From the IMG/VR virus record IMGVR_UViG_3300049023_000185, positions 1 through 55,407 of that record: a stretch of 55,407 nt of DNA. The stretch is one strand, 5' to 3'. The stretch is from a virus (lineage: Duplodnaviria; Caudoviricetes). The notes beneath the pieces were generated by a model. That model saw only the letters and a list, made by a program, of their open reading frames with translations. It was not told where the DNA came from and did not search any database. Below, piece after piece: positions 19,560 through 28,854 of this stretch. Within the stretch, counting starts at the first letter, position 1. The number at the start of each line of letters is the position of its first letter. A program made the position numbers and the translations under genes.

Positions 19560-20114
19560 ATGAGTAGGGATGCAAGTGGCAAGTTAAAAAAGCACGTTTT
19601 GAGGCAAGTTCAGGACTCACCAATTTTAAAAGGGCATGAAGCGGCCTATGCAAAATGGAATGATATTTTAGAGGGTGAAGGTTTACGTGCATTAGATAAT
19701 GAGTATAGGGCTGCCGGAGAACATCAAAACGCACGAAAGCACAAGCGTGGACCTAATGCCGATTTAGCCAGATTTGAGTATTATGAAGGGTTAAGAGACT
19801 ATTGCCGATACAATCATTTTAAACTTGAATGTATGAGTAAGCTGCAAAATCCGCAGCTTCAGCAGTTCAGCCAAATGCTCATACTGTTTAGCAATGGTAT
19901 GAGCATGCCAGAAGCCTACAAAATAGTTAAAGCTAACTACCCCAAAAACATTTACACCGCGATATACTTTTATAAGCGATTTCAAGAATGTAAGAATGAG
20001 TTTTTAGCGAATTTTAATAATTTTAACGATTACATGAGCTATCGCAAGTATGAGTTGAAAGAGCCCTTAAGCTTTGAATCGTGGATGCAAAGAGAAGGAT
20101 TACTTAAGCAGTAG
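19560..20114 (+). CDS. Hypothetical protein, possible transcription regulator
   Basis: Isolated plus-strand gene with its own promoter and GGGGG RBS; LILFSNGMSMPEAYK resembles an HTH start. Confidence 0.7.
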   Translation: MSRDASGKLKKHVLRQVQDSPILKGHEAAYAKWNDILEGEGLRALDNEYRAAGEHQNARKHKRGPNADLARFEYYEGLRDYCRYNHFKLECMSKLQNPQLQQFSQMLILFSNGMSMPEAYKIVKANYPKNIYTAIYFYKRFQECKNEFLANFNNFNDYMSYRKYELKEPLSFESWMQREGLLKQ

Positions 20115-20126
20115 TTGCTAAAAATT

Positions 20127-20579
20127 CTAATCCACAAACTCAAAGCTAAAACCTTTTACCCAAATTTTATGGTATATAGCGTATGAAACTGCTTGTTTCG
20201 TTACACCTAAGGCCTTAGCAGCATTAGAAACTGTAGAGTAAACTTGCCCAGTCTCCCTGTTCTTAACTTTTCGTTTAATATTTCTAGGCGGGGGCATGTG
20301 AGAACAACATTGCTCCATCCAATTTGCCCGACGAGCCTTATTATAGCTGTTTGGATGCCCAGCATGCCACAGGCTGCGCGTTTTATATTTTAGGGCAATA
20401 GACTGGCATTCTTGTAAAGTAAGCTTAGGCGGCTTGTTAATCGCTGGCATATGCGCGCACACTTCCGTGTCCCAGCCTTTCAACTTGCTTATCCGCCACG
20501 TGTAATGAGCTTTTTGGGCGAACTCAGTTTTTGTTTTATATCTTAAGGCAACAGCTTTGCACTCTTCTAATGTTTTCAA
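20127..20579 (-). CDS. Homing-endonuclease-associated repeat protein with NUMOD1-like HTH
   Basis: Two TLxEC..ALxYKT...C.HM repeats; ETGQVYSTVSNAAKALGV. Confidence 0.75.
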   Translation of the reverse strand: MKTLEECKAVALRYKTKTEFAQKAHYTWRISKLKGWDTEVCAHMPAINKPPKLTLQECQSIALKYKTRSLWHAGHPNSYNKARRANWMEQCCSHMPPPRNIKRKVKNRETGQVYSTVSNAAKALGVTKQAVSYAIYHKIWVKGFSFEFVD

Positions 20580-20614
20580 ATTTAACTCCGTTTAAAGTTT
20601 GATTGCGGTTAAGT

Positions 20615-20803
20615 TTAAGACGCCTTTTTACTTTGTTTAGCTAGCCACTCATTTACCGCTTCAAGCGCTATTTCATTTATTCTTTCGCTTGAAAGTGTAA
20701 TTTGCTGCCACGGTATTTTACTTTGAAATGTTTTTTCAGGTTTGACTGCTTTGTCTGGCGTACCAAATCCTTGAATCTCTTCTAATTCTTGTAGTAAGCT
20801 CAT
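20615..20803 (-). CDS. Hypothetical protein
   Basis: Coupled ORF. Confidence 0.65.
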   Translation of the reverse strand: MSLLQELEEIQGFGTPDKAVKPEKTFQSKIPWQQITLSSERINEIALEAVNEWLAKQSKKAS

Positions 20804-20805
20804 GA

Positions 20806-21030
20806 TTAAGCTCCCGTCTCAGATGTTTTTAAGTCTGTGACGATTTTAAAATCTTTTGAACCATCAAAGTGAAGCACAACATTGTTATCGCGTTTGTACA
20901 GCTCAACTACTAATTCTTTACCATCAACTTCAATGGTGATTGTGCGAATGTACCCGGCTTTAAGTTTGCCTTGTTGCGTAGTTACACATAAACCCATAAA
21001 CTCTCCTTGTTGTTCACCGCTTAAAAGCAT
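20806..21030 (-). CDS. Hypothetical protein
   Basis: AGGAG RBS before the internal MGLC start. Confidence 0.65.
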   Translation of the reverse strand: MLLSGEQQGEFMGLCVTTQQGKLKAGYIRTITIEVDGKELVVELYKRDNNVVLHFDGSKDFKIVTDLKTSETGA

Positions 21031-21140
21031 TATGCTAAAAAGCTACGTACTGCATAAACTTCCTAAAAAACTGAAGCGGACTCGCAATCCTAGCTCATCG
21101 CGCTTCTTAGTAGCTGCCAGCCTTGGCAAGCTTTCAAAAA

Positions 21141-21389
21141 TTAAAACTCCAAGTTGTGTGCTTGATACTCATCTAATTCAAACGTGCAAAACACGCCTTG
21201 AATCTTGTTTAAAAACCGTTTGTCAGATTCAGATGGCCACTGATAGTTATTCTTTGAAATGCCATTGATGCTGGTAAAATGTAGATAGTAACTACGACCA
21301 TCTTCAGTTCTAACCATTCCTTCGCCGGTATAACCATCGAACCATCTAATAGTACCTTTGATGCGTGGTAAAATTTTTAGAGCATTCAT
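21141..21389 (-). CDS. Cold-shock domain protein
   Basis: KGTIRWFDGYTGEGMV...YYLHFTSI (RNP1/RNP2-like). Confidence 0.85.
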   Translation of the reverse strand: MNALKILPRIKGTIRWFDGYTGEGMVRTEDGRSYYLHFTSINGISKNNYQWPSESDKRFLNKIQGVFCTFELDEYQAHNLEF

Positions 21390-21391
21390 CC

Positions 21392-21718
21392 TTAAACTCC
21401 TACTTTGTTGAGAACTGTTAAAAGCTGGTTCCAAGCGCCTTGCCATTCTTCATTGATGTCAGGGTCACAAGGGCAAGTATCTTTTATCGCTTTAAGAGTT
21501 TGCACCATTTCCTGTCGTGTTACTCTCTTGCGGAACGAGTACGCCTCGCCCATATGGGCACAAACTTGCTCAAAAATTCCCAGGCGCTTTGCCATTTTAT
21601 ATCCGCCCATGTCGTTTCGAAAAAAGTCATAGCGAGTTTGATAGTTTAAAGCCGACTCAAAAATTGTTTCAGGGCTATTACGCTTATGTCTCTGCTTCTT
21701 TCTTATTTTAACTTCCAT
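21392..21718 (-). CDS. Protein with one copy of the repeat seen in 20127..20579
   Basis: ALNYQTRYDF...VCAHM. Confidence 0.75.
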   Translation of the reverse strand: MEVKIRKKQRHKRNSPETIFESALNYQTRYDFFRNDMGGYKMAKRLGIFEQVCAHMGEAYSFRKRVTRQEMVQTLKAIKDTCPCDPDINEEWQGAWNQLLTVLNKVGV

Positions 21719-21817
21719 GTTAAACTCCTTTAATAATTACGTTTACTTTGTAACCTTTAGCTTCCAATGCTTTGATAATTCTCGTATCGATTTTAATAAC
21801 GGAAATTGTGATAACCA

Positions 21818-22126
21818 TTATTCAGCTCCGTAGTAACGCGCGTGAAAATTCGGGAAAAACATTTTTACAGTTTCTTCAACAGCTTCTGCGCCGTAAGTCG
21901 CCTCTAGATTGCCCATGTGGCGAGTGACTAATCGCTCTTCAAGCTTGTAAAACTGTCGGACTTGCAAAGTAATTACATATGTTACTGGTTGCGCGTTTAA
22001 AGCGAAGTCCGCGTGCTCAATGTTGTTAACGGCTTCAGTCGCCTCAACACTATAAACTTGCCCAAAAAGTAAATAATCCTGTAATGCAAAATCATTTGTT
22101 TGTTTTTTAAGATTTAAATTTTTCAT
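21818..22126 (-). CDS. Hypothetical early protein
   Basis: RBS AAGGAAG; coupled ORF. Confidence 0.75.
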   Translation of the reverse strand: MKNLNLKKQTNDFALQDYLLFGQVYSVEATEAVNNIEHADFALNAQPVTYVITLQVRQFYKLEERLVTRHMGNLEATYGAEAVEETVKMFFPNFHARYYGAE

Positions 22127-22127
22127 A

Positions 22128-22370
22128 TTATTTAACTTCCTTGTTTAGTTTCTGGTTATGGTTTTTCATTTGCTCTAACGTTGGCAAAGTAACTTCTGGA
22201 AGGTTAGTTTCTAGAACGTTCTTTGCGTTCATAGCTCTATGAGCTTTTACATATACAAAAATACGCTTTGCCAGAGACATCAAGCGGGCATCGCTTGATG
22301 CTTGTTTAACTTGTAAATCTAGTTTTGCTTTTAGGGGCATTAGACGATTTAAGCCTTTTAAACTTTTCAT
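22128..22370 (-). CDS. Hypothetical early protein
   Basis: RBS GGAGGG. Confidence 0.75.
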   Translation of the reverse strand: MKSLKGLNRLMPLKAKLDLQVKQASSDARLMSLAKRIFVYVKAHRAMNAKNVLETNLPEVTLPTLEQMKNHNQKLNKEVK

Positions 22371-22702
22371 AAATTATTGCCCTCCAGTGGCTAAAACATT
22401 TATTGTTTGAGTGATTGAAAGAATAAGTAGGGTGATGAAAACCATCATCGCTGATTCGCTGGCTTTAGCTTTGTGAGCTTGAAGCCTAGCAAGGCGCTCG
22501 CGAGGGCATTTAAATTCGCCCGATTGGGCAACTAACTTAATCATTTAAAAACTCCTGGTTACGTTCAACTTTTAACCCAGCCTTTGTGCTAGGTTGTGCA
22601 TATGTGTACATATTGCCACGTCGCGATGTGACTATCCATACATATTTTTGCAGTGTATCAATGTGAGTTGACGTAGTTTAAAGCGAGGTTAAAGTGAATA
22701 TA

Positions 22703-23119
22703 ATGAAATTAGACAACATTGGAGAGACAATTAGAAAACACCGAGAGCGTCTCGGTTTGACTCAAATTTACGTGGCGAAGGCGATTGGGATATCTCGTGA
22801 GCAGTATTTAAAAATTGAAAAGGGTAAAGCTCAGCCCAAACTAGAAGAGATTTCAAGGTTGTCGGCTGTGTTTAAAGTTTCGCCTGAAGAGCTATTGCAG
22901 GCCGAAATACGTGATAGTGTTATTTCTAATTTAAATGCTGTTCAAATAAAAGATATGATTAGAACCATGTTTACTGAGGTTAAAACTGAGCTGTTAGAAC
23001 CTAGAATTGAAGATGTTAAGGCAGAGATTATAGAGTTGCTGCAGACAACGCGTAAAGAAGATATGTACAAGGTGTTGAAGTATATTAGACAGCTGCGTAA
23101 CAATAACATAGATTCATAG
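22703..23119 (+). CDS. XRE-family (cI-like) repressor
   Basis: IRKHRERLGLTQIYVAKAIGISREQYLKIEKGKAQP; divergent from the early operon. Confidence 0.88.
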   Translation: MKLDNIGETIRKHRERLGLTQIYVAKAIGISREQYLKIEKGKAQPKLEEISRLSAVFKVSPEELLQAEIRDSVISNLNAVQIKDMIRTMFTEVKTELLEPRIEDVKAEIIELLQTTRKEDMYKVLKYIRQLRNNNIDS

Positions 23120-24038
23120 CTGCCATAACATTTGCTTATGCTGAGTTAAATAGCACCATTCTCCTAAACCAATAAACATTGAGAGCACAACTCCCACAAT
23201 CTGTCAAAATTCTGTCAATAAACAGTGAAATTAATTAAACTGTCCAACTTCAATGCGTGATTTTTTGTTCACACTTTGATGTGGGTAGTGTGGCGGTTTT
23301 GCCATAAATCATTAAAGTTTATTACTCACCTGAGGTGTTTGTATATAAAAGCATATAAATGGAGCACGTGATGCTCTCTAGGCGGGAGAAGTGGTTTTAG
23401 CTGGCGGTCAGCCGTAAATAGCTGAAAATGCTGGTAAAAGTGGTAAATCTACCCGAATTCCAAAAATCTGTGAAAAATCCCCAAAATTCTTAATTTATCG
23501 TCAAAAACCGTATCATTTACGGGATTTCAACCATTTAACCCATAAAATTGGTTAGGATAAGCTTCTACACAGCTTTTATAACCGTGTAAAATCAAATAGT
23601 TAGGTATTGTCCGGGCTAAAACCCCCAAAATCAGTTAAAATCCTGTTAAGAAAAAAGCAAAAAATGTTTTGAGCTTGGTTGTGGTCTATATTGCAGATGA
23701 GCTGAGACATGTATCATAATGAGACAAGGTACGGGATATGCATTATTATGCAGGGGAGAGGCCAAGCCCAGGATTCTCAGACTGAGACGGCTTAAGATGG
23801 GATTTTTTATTTAGGGGCCCTTCTAATAACATACACCCCTATCCCCACGAGCGCGTGTGCTTCAAAAGCTAACTCGGCGTAAACACTTTTTATTTTTAAA
23901 CCATTCTTAATTCTGAAAACCGAGACAGAAATTTTTTGGGGGAGTGAAAATGTTGATGTTAAGAAAATTTGACAGCGTATTAACAACAGCTTGACTGAAG
24001 TCCTGGCTAAAACCGGCGATACTATGGCTGGAGGTTTT

Positions 24039-24332
24039 ATGCGATTATTACTTGTTATGGCAGTTTTGGCACTTTCGGCTTGTGCGACTACTCCGGAGTC
24101 AAAGGCAAAGTGGGCGGGTGCTCTTGGTGTTATAAGCAAGGCTGGCTACGATTCAGCTGATGCGGCTAACGAACGCCTGGCCGCTGCAAAACCTTTAAAG
24201 CCAACAGGCACTAACATGTCAAGTTCAACGGACGATGCTCAAGCCAACCTGAACGTAGATTTTAAATGCAAGTCAGATTGTCAAGCTGCTGGCTACGCCG
24301 CAAACCTTTGTCACAAACAGTGTTCTTACTAG
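24039..24332 (+). CDS. Lipoprotein, possible superinfection exclusion
   Basis: RBS GGAGG; lipobox LSAC; C-terminal four-Cys motif; lies in the lysogeny region. Confidence 0.75.
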   Translation: MRLLLVMAVLALSACATTPESKAKWAGALGVISKAGYDSADAANERLAAAKPLKPTGTNMSSSTDDAQANLNVDFKCKSDCQAAGYAANLCHKQCSY

Positions 24333-24816
24333 GTTTAGGAATGTCAGGCCTTTAGAAATTTTAAAAGGCATATCCAAGTATACCCTGCGGAATAATGCAG
24401 TGACGGCCCTAATACGCGGTTTAAACAGGCCGCTTGCTATTCACCCTTAAACTGCGTCGGCATACCCGAAAAAGGCTCCGGCATCCCGACAAAATTACCC
24501 GGCGGAACCAAAAGTACGGCGTCGGAACGTCGTAAGGTACGCCATATGCGATTTGAGCTCGCCAAATCAAATTAACTTGGACTACGAGCTTCCGGCATAC
24601 CTTTACTTACTTTAATATAGAAATATATAATAATATACTGGTATAACATGCCGGTACGGCTTCTAATGCATATTTCAATCATCTTACACGTATTTCTATG
24701 GTTATACTCGCCGGCACACCTTTCTAAATTTCTTCGCCTTATCCCAGGTATAAAAAACTCTGATAATGGTTCATATTGACTCATCGCATAATCGTCTGTA
24801 CGCTTAGATAAGCAGG

Positions 24817-25125
24817 ATGCTTAAACCTATTAGGAGATATATGGATATTTCTACTTCGGGCGGAGCTAAACTCTGCTTAATCTGCAAACACACAAAGCCC
24901 ACAGTAATGTTCTCAACCGGCGAAAATCGTTGCAAACCCTGCAATGCTATTCGCGCCAAAACCATGCGAGTTAAAAAAGCCGCCCGCAAAAAAGCCCTAA
25001 AAGCCGGGCCTGAGCTTATTCAGTTAGAAGCCGAGATAATGGCTATCTACGAAAAGTTAAACGGTAAATTGGAGCTTAGGGAGCAAATGCTCAAAAAGTA
25101 CCAAAATATGTTTAATAAGTCTTAA
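24817..25125 (+). CDS. Zn-finger plus coiled-coil protein
   Basis: CLIC...CKPC; AGGAG RBS before ATG 24841. Confidence 0.7.
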   Translation: MLKPIRRYMDISTSGGAKLCLICKHTKPTVMFSTGENRCKPCNAIRAKTMRVKKAARKKALKAGPELIQLEAEIMAIYEKLNGKLELREQMLKKYQNMFNKS

Positions 25126-25204
25126 AGCGAAACATAGAAACACTCTTGTGATTTTCCCGCCACAATGCTAAACTACCTATATCAATGCTAAAGACAGGTC
25201 AGGA

Positions 25205-25249
25205 TTGCCAAGGCATAGGTCGCGGGTTTGAGTCCCGTCTCCCGCTCCA
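25205..25249 (+). other. attP: attP core, 3' half of tRNA-Gly(GCC)
   Basis: TTGCCAA-GGCAT-AGGTC-GCGGG-TTTGAGT-CCCGT-CTCCCGC-T-CCA; no matching 5' half; directly upstream of the integrase. Confidence 0.88.
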
Positions 25250-25374
25250 AAATTGCTAGCTTGTTTCAACAACTTAGCACATTTAGAGCCTGCAAAATTC
25301 TTAAGCATTGGTTAGTGATTTTTGAAACTTTGGTTAGTTTCTAATCGCTAAACTTTTAACGTTTGAGGTTTTGC

Positions 25375-26427
25375 ATGATTCATTACTACGTAAAGCGCCC
25401 TGATGCTTATCGACGGTCTTTTGCCATTTATGCTCAAAAATTTGCAGACACCGGTAAAACACTAAACCAAACACTAAATAACAAAGAAGTTGATGCTATT
25501 AACTTTCAGTTTAAGAGCAAGGTTTTAAGCTTTGAAGAAGCTAACAAACAAATCGAATTAGTTAGAAATAAAATTGCTGGTAAAGCCCCGATTATCAGTA
25601 ACTCAATAAATGAAAAACTCCTTGAAAAGTATTTTACAGAATATTTTAAAAAACATCCTTTCGTAATTGATAAGGATTCGGCTAAACACAAATATAGAAG
25701 AGCGGTTAGGGCTATCGGCAAACTATCACTTCTAGCGATTACTGAAGATGAAGCGCTTGAAGCAATGCTGGCTCAAACCACTAATGGCCGCCGCCGCGAA
25801 GTCGCCGAAAAGCTAAACACCCTTTTTACCTGGTTAAAGCGTGATGTCACCGTTCCGGTGCCCCCGCTAAAACGCGAGCCAATCGTATACATCACTGAAG
25901 ATGAATTAGAATGCTTAGTAATGGGCCTAGAATCTGAAGGCACCGAATTGGCCACATACCTTGCTAACGCCTACAAAACATTTTTTTATGCTGGCCCCCG
26001 AAATGGTGAGTTTAGAGCGTTTGATAAGCATACGCTTATGGCCGATGGAAAAACCCTCAGCATAAAAACCCAGTTAGACGTTCATGATGAAATCCGTTCA
26101 CCAAAAAACAACAAAATTAGAAAAGCATTTATTCACCCTAAAGGCGTTAGCGCTCTCCAATTCTGTATTAATTCTGAACTATCATTATCCCACAAACAAT
26201 TAACCGAATATTTAAAGCGGGCATGCATCAAATACCTAAATCGATATGATATTACCGTCCATTGTTTGCGCCATAGCTATGCCGTTTTTTTATTGAGCAT
26301 GGGCGTTCCTAAAGCCCTACTTGCACAAAGCATGGGTAATTCCGAGCGAGTTATCGATGACCATTATGCTGGGTTTATTTTAAGCGATGCTGGAATAGAC
26401 ACGATTTCTCGGTTCGTAAACAAATAA
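25375..26427 (+). CDS. int: Tyrosine integrase
   Basis: AGPRNGE (R), PKNNK (K), HCLRHS (HxxR), MGNS, HYAG (Y). Confidence 0.93.
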   Translation: MIHYYVKRPDAYRRSFAIYAQKFADTGKTLNQTLNNKEVDAINFQFKSKVLSFEEANKQIELVRNKIAGKAPIISNSINEKLLEKYFTEYFKKHPFVIDKDSAKHKYRRAVRAIGKLSLLAITEDEALEAMLAQTTNGRRREVAEKLNTLFTWLKRDVTVPVPPLKREPIVYITEDELECLVMGLESEGTELATYLANAYKTFFYAGPRNGEFRAFDKHTLMADGKTLSIKTQLDVHDEIRSPKNNKIRKAFIHPKGVSALQFCINSELSLSHKQLTEYLKRACIKYLNRYDITVHCLRHSYAVFLLSMGVPKALLAQSMGNSERVIDDHYAGFILSDAGIDTISRFVNK

Positions 26428-26436
26428 TTTTAAAAG

Positions 26437-26453
26437 CCGTATAAGACCATCAC
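26437..26453 (+). promoter_or_regulatory. Putative late promoter TATAA-N6-CAC (first copy in the virion module; 11 copies genome-wide)
   Basis: CCGTATAAgaccatCAC; other copies listed in findings. Confidence 0.75.
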
Positions 26454-26477
26454 TCGTTTATAAAAGCGAGTGATGCA

Positions 26478-26846
26478 ATGATAAAGCGAATACCAAAGCC
26501 CCTTCCTATAGCTGAGATAGTATCCAGCACAAAAAAATCTAAAGATGTTTTAGATAAGCTTGCAGATTTAAATGAAGCTCTAAACCACGGACTTCACACT
26601 TTAAGCGTAGAAGTTAAAAAACTTCGCATTAAATCCCATCAAACAAAAATTCCACTGTCAGAACGCGAAATGAAAGTTTTAATCGACGCGGTTAAAGCCC
26701 TTTTGAGTGCTGAACGCCAGCAACTAGAGGCCGCAAGAGCCGCCGAAATGTCTAAACGCGTGAACGAGATGACAGACGCCGAACTCCTTGAATATGCAAA
26801 ATCTATTATTAGCATTCCAGCCCCCGAAACTGAGGACCCAAAATGA
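26478..26846 (+). CDS. Possible terminase small subunit
   Basis: First late gene; helical; C-terminal MTDAELL motif. Confidence 0.45.
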   Translation: MIKRIPKPLPIAEIVSSTKKSKDVLDKLADLNEALNHGLHTLSVEVKKLRIKSHQTKIPLSEREMKVLIDAVKALLSAERQQLEAARAAEMSKRVNEMTDAELLEYAKSIISIPAPETEDPK

Positions 26847-27487
26847 ATAATCAATTACCGATTGAAATTCGGCCAGCCTACAACATTGAACACAATTTTA
26901 TTTACAATTCTTGGATTAAATCAGGGTTTCGCAGTCGCGCCCTGGGCATAATCGCCAAAGAACTTTACACTTTAAATCAGCACGATGTGATTACCCATCT
27001 TTTGGGCCGTTGCAATGTTTTAGTAGCGCAAGAGCTTAATAAACCTGAAAGCCTTTACGGTTACATAGTTTACCAATGGTTAGATGGCGTGTTTGTACTT
27101 CACTACGCGTACACAAAAGAAATGTTCAGAAAACTTGGCGTTCTTTCAAACCTTTTAAACGCTGCAAACTTCCACCCACAGCAAAGTGCTGGCTTCTACA
27201 CTCACACTACTAAAGCCGCTTTTGAAGTCGAACCAAAGCTAAATTTAATTTACAACCCATACCTTCTCATAAACCCAAAATATGAAGTTTTAGTTTCTAG
27301 CCCTAAAACGCCAGTAAAGCCAACACCCATCAAAGAAATTAACGAGTTTGAAATTGTTGGATTTGATAGCCAAGAGCAGCCATCAGTAATCATTAAGTCA
27401 TCTGAAATCATTGAGAAATCAGAAGAAGAAAAAATGGACGAATTAGAAAAAGAATTGATGCGTAAGCATGGAGGCGCAAGTGAATAA
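26843..27487 (+). CDS. GNAT-fold protein
   Basis: EIRPA...LYGYIV...LHYAYTKEMFRKLGVLSNLL (acetyl-CoA motif A-like). Confidence 0.6.
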   Translation: MNNQLPIEIRPAYNIEHNFIYNSWIKSGFRSRALGIIAKELYTLNQHDVITHLLGRCNVLVAQELNKPESLYGYIVYQWLDGVFVLHYAYTKEMFRKLGVLSNLLNAANFHPQQSAGFYTHTTKAAFEVEPKLNLIYNPYLLINPKYEVLVSSPKTPVKPTPIKEINEFEIVGFDSQEQPSVIIKSSEIIEKSEEEKMDELEKELMRKHGGASE

Positions 27488-27746
27488 TCAAGGTTTAGCT
27501 GATTTAGCTAACGAGACAAAAACTGATATTACTGCAGACGATAAAAAGTTTGTGAAATTGCTATCAAGCATGAAAGCTGAAGTAAAAAAGTTATCACATA
27601 ACGAGTTAGCACGGCAGTTCACCAGCCTCTACGCCCAGTACATTTTATTACAATCTAAATATGACATGCTTGAAGAGCGGTCAAAGAAGCAAGAAACAAC
27701 AACGCTGCCGGAGCAGCAGGGAAATTCGGGAGAATCCAATGATTAA
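27468..27746 (+). CDS. Hypothetical protein
   Basis: Coupled ORF. Confidence 0.7.
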   Translation: MEAQVNNQGLADLANETKTDITADDKKFVKLLSSMKAEVKKLSHNELARQFTSLYAQYILLQSKYDMLEERSKKQETTTLPEQQGNSGESND

Positions 27747-28527
27747 AAGTATTTTGTTTATTATGGCTTTTGGGGCATGCGCACTTGCTTCAAACATTCA
27801 CTTAACTTCAGAAAATGTTGTAAACATGAGAGGTGAAGTCAGTGAAGAGTCAGTTTCCATGTGGCAAAAGGAATTAGCGCAAAAATCTAGCGCTCGTAAA
27901 GCCCCAATGTTGCAACCACTGTATTTGAGCATTGATAGTCCTGGAGGCGATATTGTTGCCGGCCAAGCGTTCATCGAATTCGCAAAAACAATTCCTAATT
28001 TGCACACGATTACACTTTTTGGTGCGAGTATGGCGTCTGGCATTCAGCAAGCTCTACCAGGTAAACGGTATGTACTCGGCACAAGTATTACCATGTTTCA
28101 TCGCGCTAGCGGCGGCTTTCAAGGTCAGTTTAGTGAGGGAGAAGTTGAATCTCGCCTTAACATGGCTAAAGACTTAGTAGCTATTTTAGAAAATGCAAAT
28201 GCTTCTCGCATGAAATTACCAATTGAAAAGTATAAGCAGCTTGTAAAAGATGAATACTGGGTAGTTGGCCATAAAAACATTACAGAAAATGTTGCGGACG
28301 AATCAGTTTCAATTACTTGCAGTGACGAGTTAATCGAAAATTCTAAATCTCAAACATTTCAAGTTTTTATATTTACTATCACAGTTAAATTTAGCGAATG
28401 CCCACTTTTTAGAAGCGGCGAAGTAGTTAAAGGCCAAGACGCCTACATTAAATATAAATCACATTTTAATAAAAAATTGACAGGTGTTTATTACATGTCA
28501 GGGAGCAATTATGCAGCAAAAAATTAA
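27739..28527 (+). CDS. ClpP-like (S14/S49) serine protease with N-terminal signal-like segment
   Basis: IDSPGGD; ASMAS (catalytic Ser); MFH (His); start MIKSILFIMAFGACALA. Confidence 0.85.
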   Translation: MIKSILFIMAFGACALASNIHLTSENVVNMRGEVSEESVSMWQKELAQKSSARKAPMLQPLYLSIDSPGGDIVAGQAFIEFAKTIPNLHTITLFGASMASGIQQALPGKRYVLGTSITMFHRASGGFQGQFSEGEVESRLNMAKDLVAILENANASRMKLPIEKYKQLVKDEYWVVGHKNITENVADESVSITCSDELIENSKSQTFQVFIFTITVKFSECPLFRSGEVVKGQDAYIKYKSHFNKKLTGVYYMSGSNYAAKN

Positions 28528-28822
28528 ATCTGTTAGGTTTTATCAAGCAGTATACATCAATAACACGCCTGAAACATATGTTCGGGCTCCAGAATACGCT
28601 GATGCAAATCGCAGAGACGGTAAAGATAAGTCTAAGCTTTCATTACATGAACGCGGAGTACTTATTGAAAACGAGAATGAACTTATTTTGGTTGGATGGC
28701 CGAATATCGGCAGCTTACAGTTTGAAAAACCAGTTTTGGTTGAAGAGCCAGCAGCACAAGAGCGACAAAGTGGAAATCCTGCTAAACCCGGAAAAAAAGT
28801 TACTGATTTTAGAGATGTTTAA
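28511..28822 (+). CDS. Hypothetical protein
   Basis: GGGAG RBS. Confidence 0.7.
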   Translation: MQQKIKSVRFYQAVYINNTPETYVRAPEYADANRRDGKDKSKLSLHERGVLIENENELILVGWPNIGSLQFEKPVLVEEPAAQERQSGNPAKPGKKVTDFRDV

Positions 28823-28854
28823 AGCATAGGCGGGTATAAGCCCGCCACATTGCT

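Noticed and set aside
20615-20803. Resemblance of LEEIQ...AVKPEKTF to the TerL N-terminus LEELQKRAAKPKEKIF as a second mimic
   Set aside because: Short, gapped and low-complexity; not distinguishable from chance by eye
23120-25200. CRISPR or mini-array in the long intergenic regions
   Set aside because: Repeats are only 6-10 bp and irregularly spaced; no repeat-spacer periodicity and no cas genes
25170-25249. Full-length tRNA-Gly gene
   Set aside because: The upstream sequence cannot form the acceptor, D or 5' anticodon strands; it is only a 3' half
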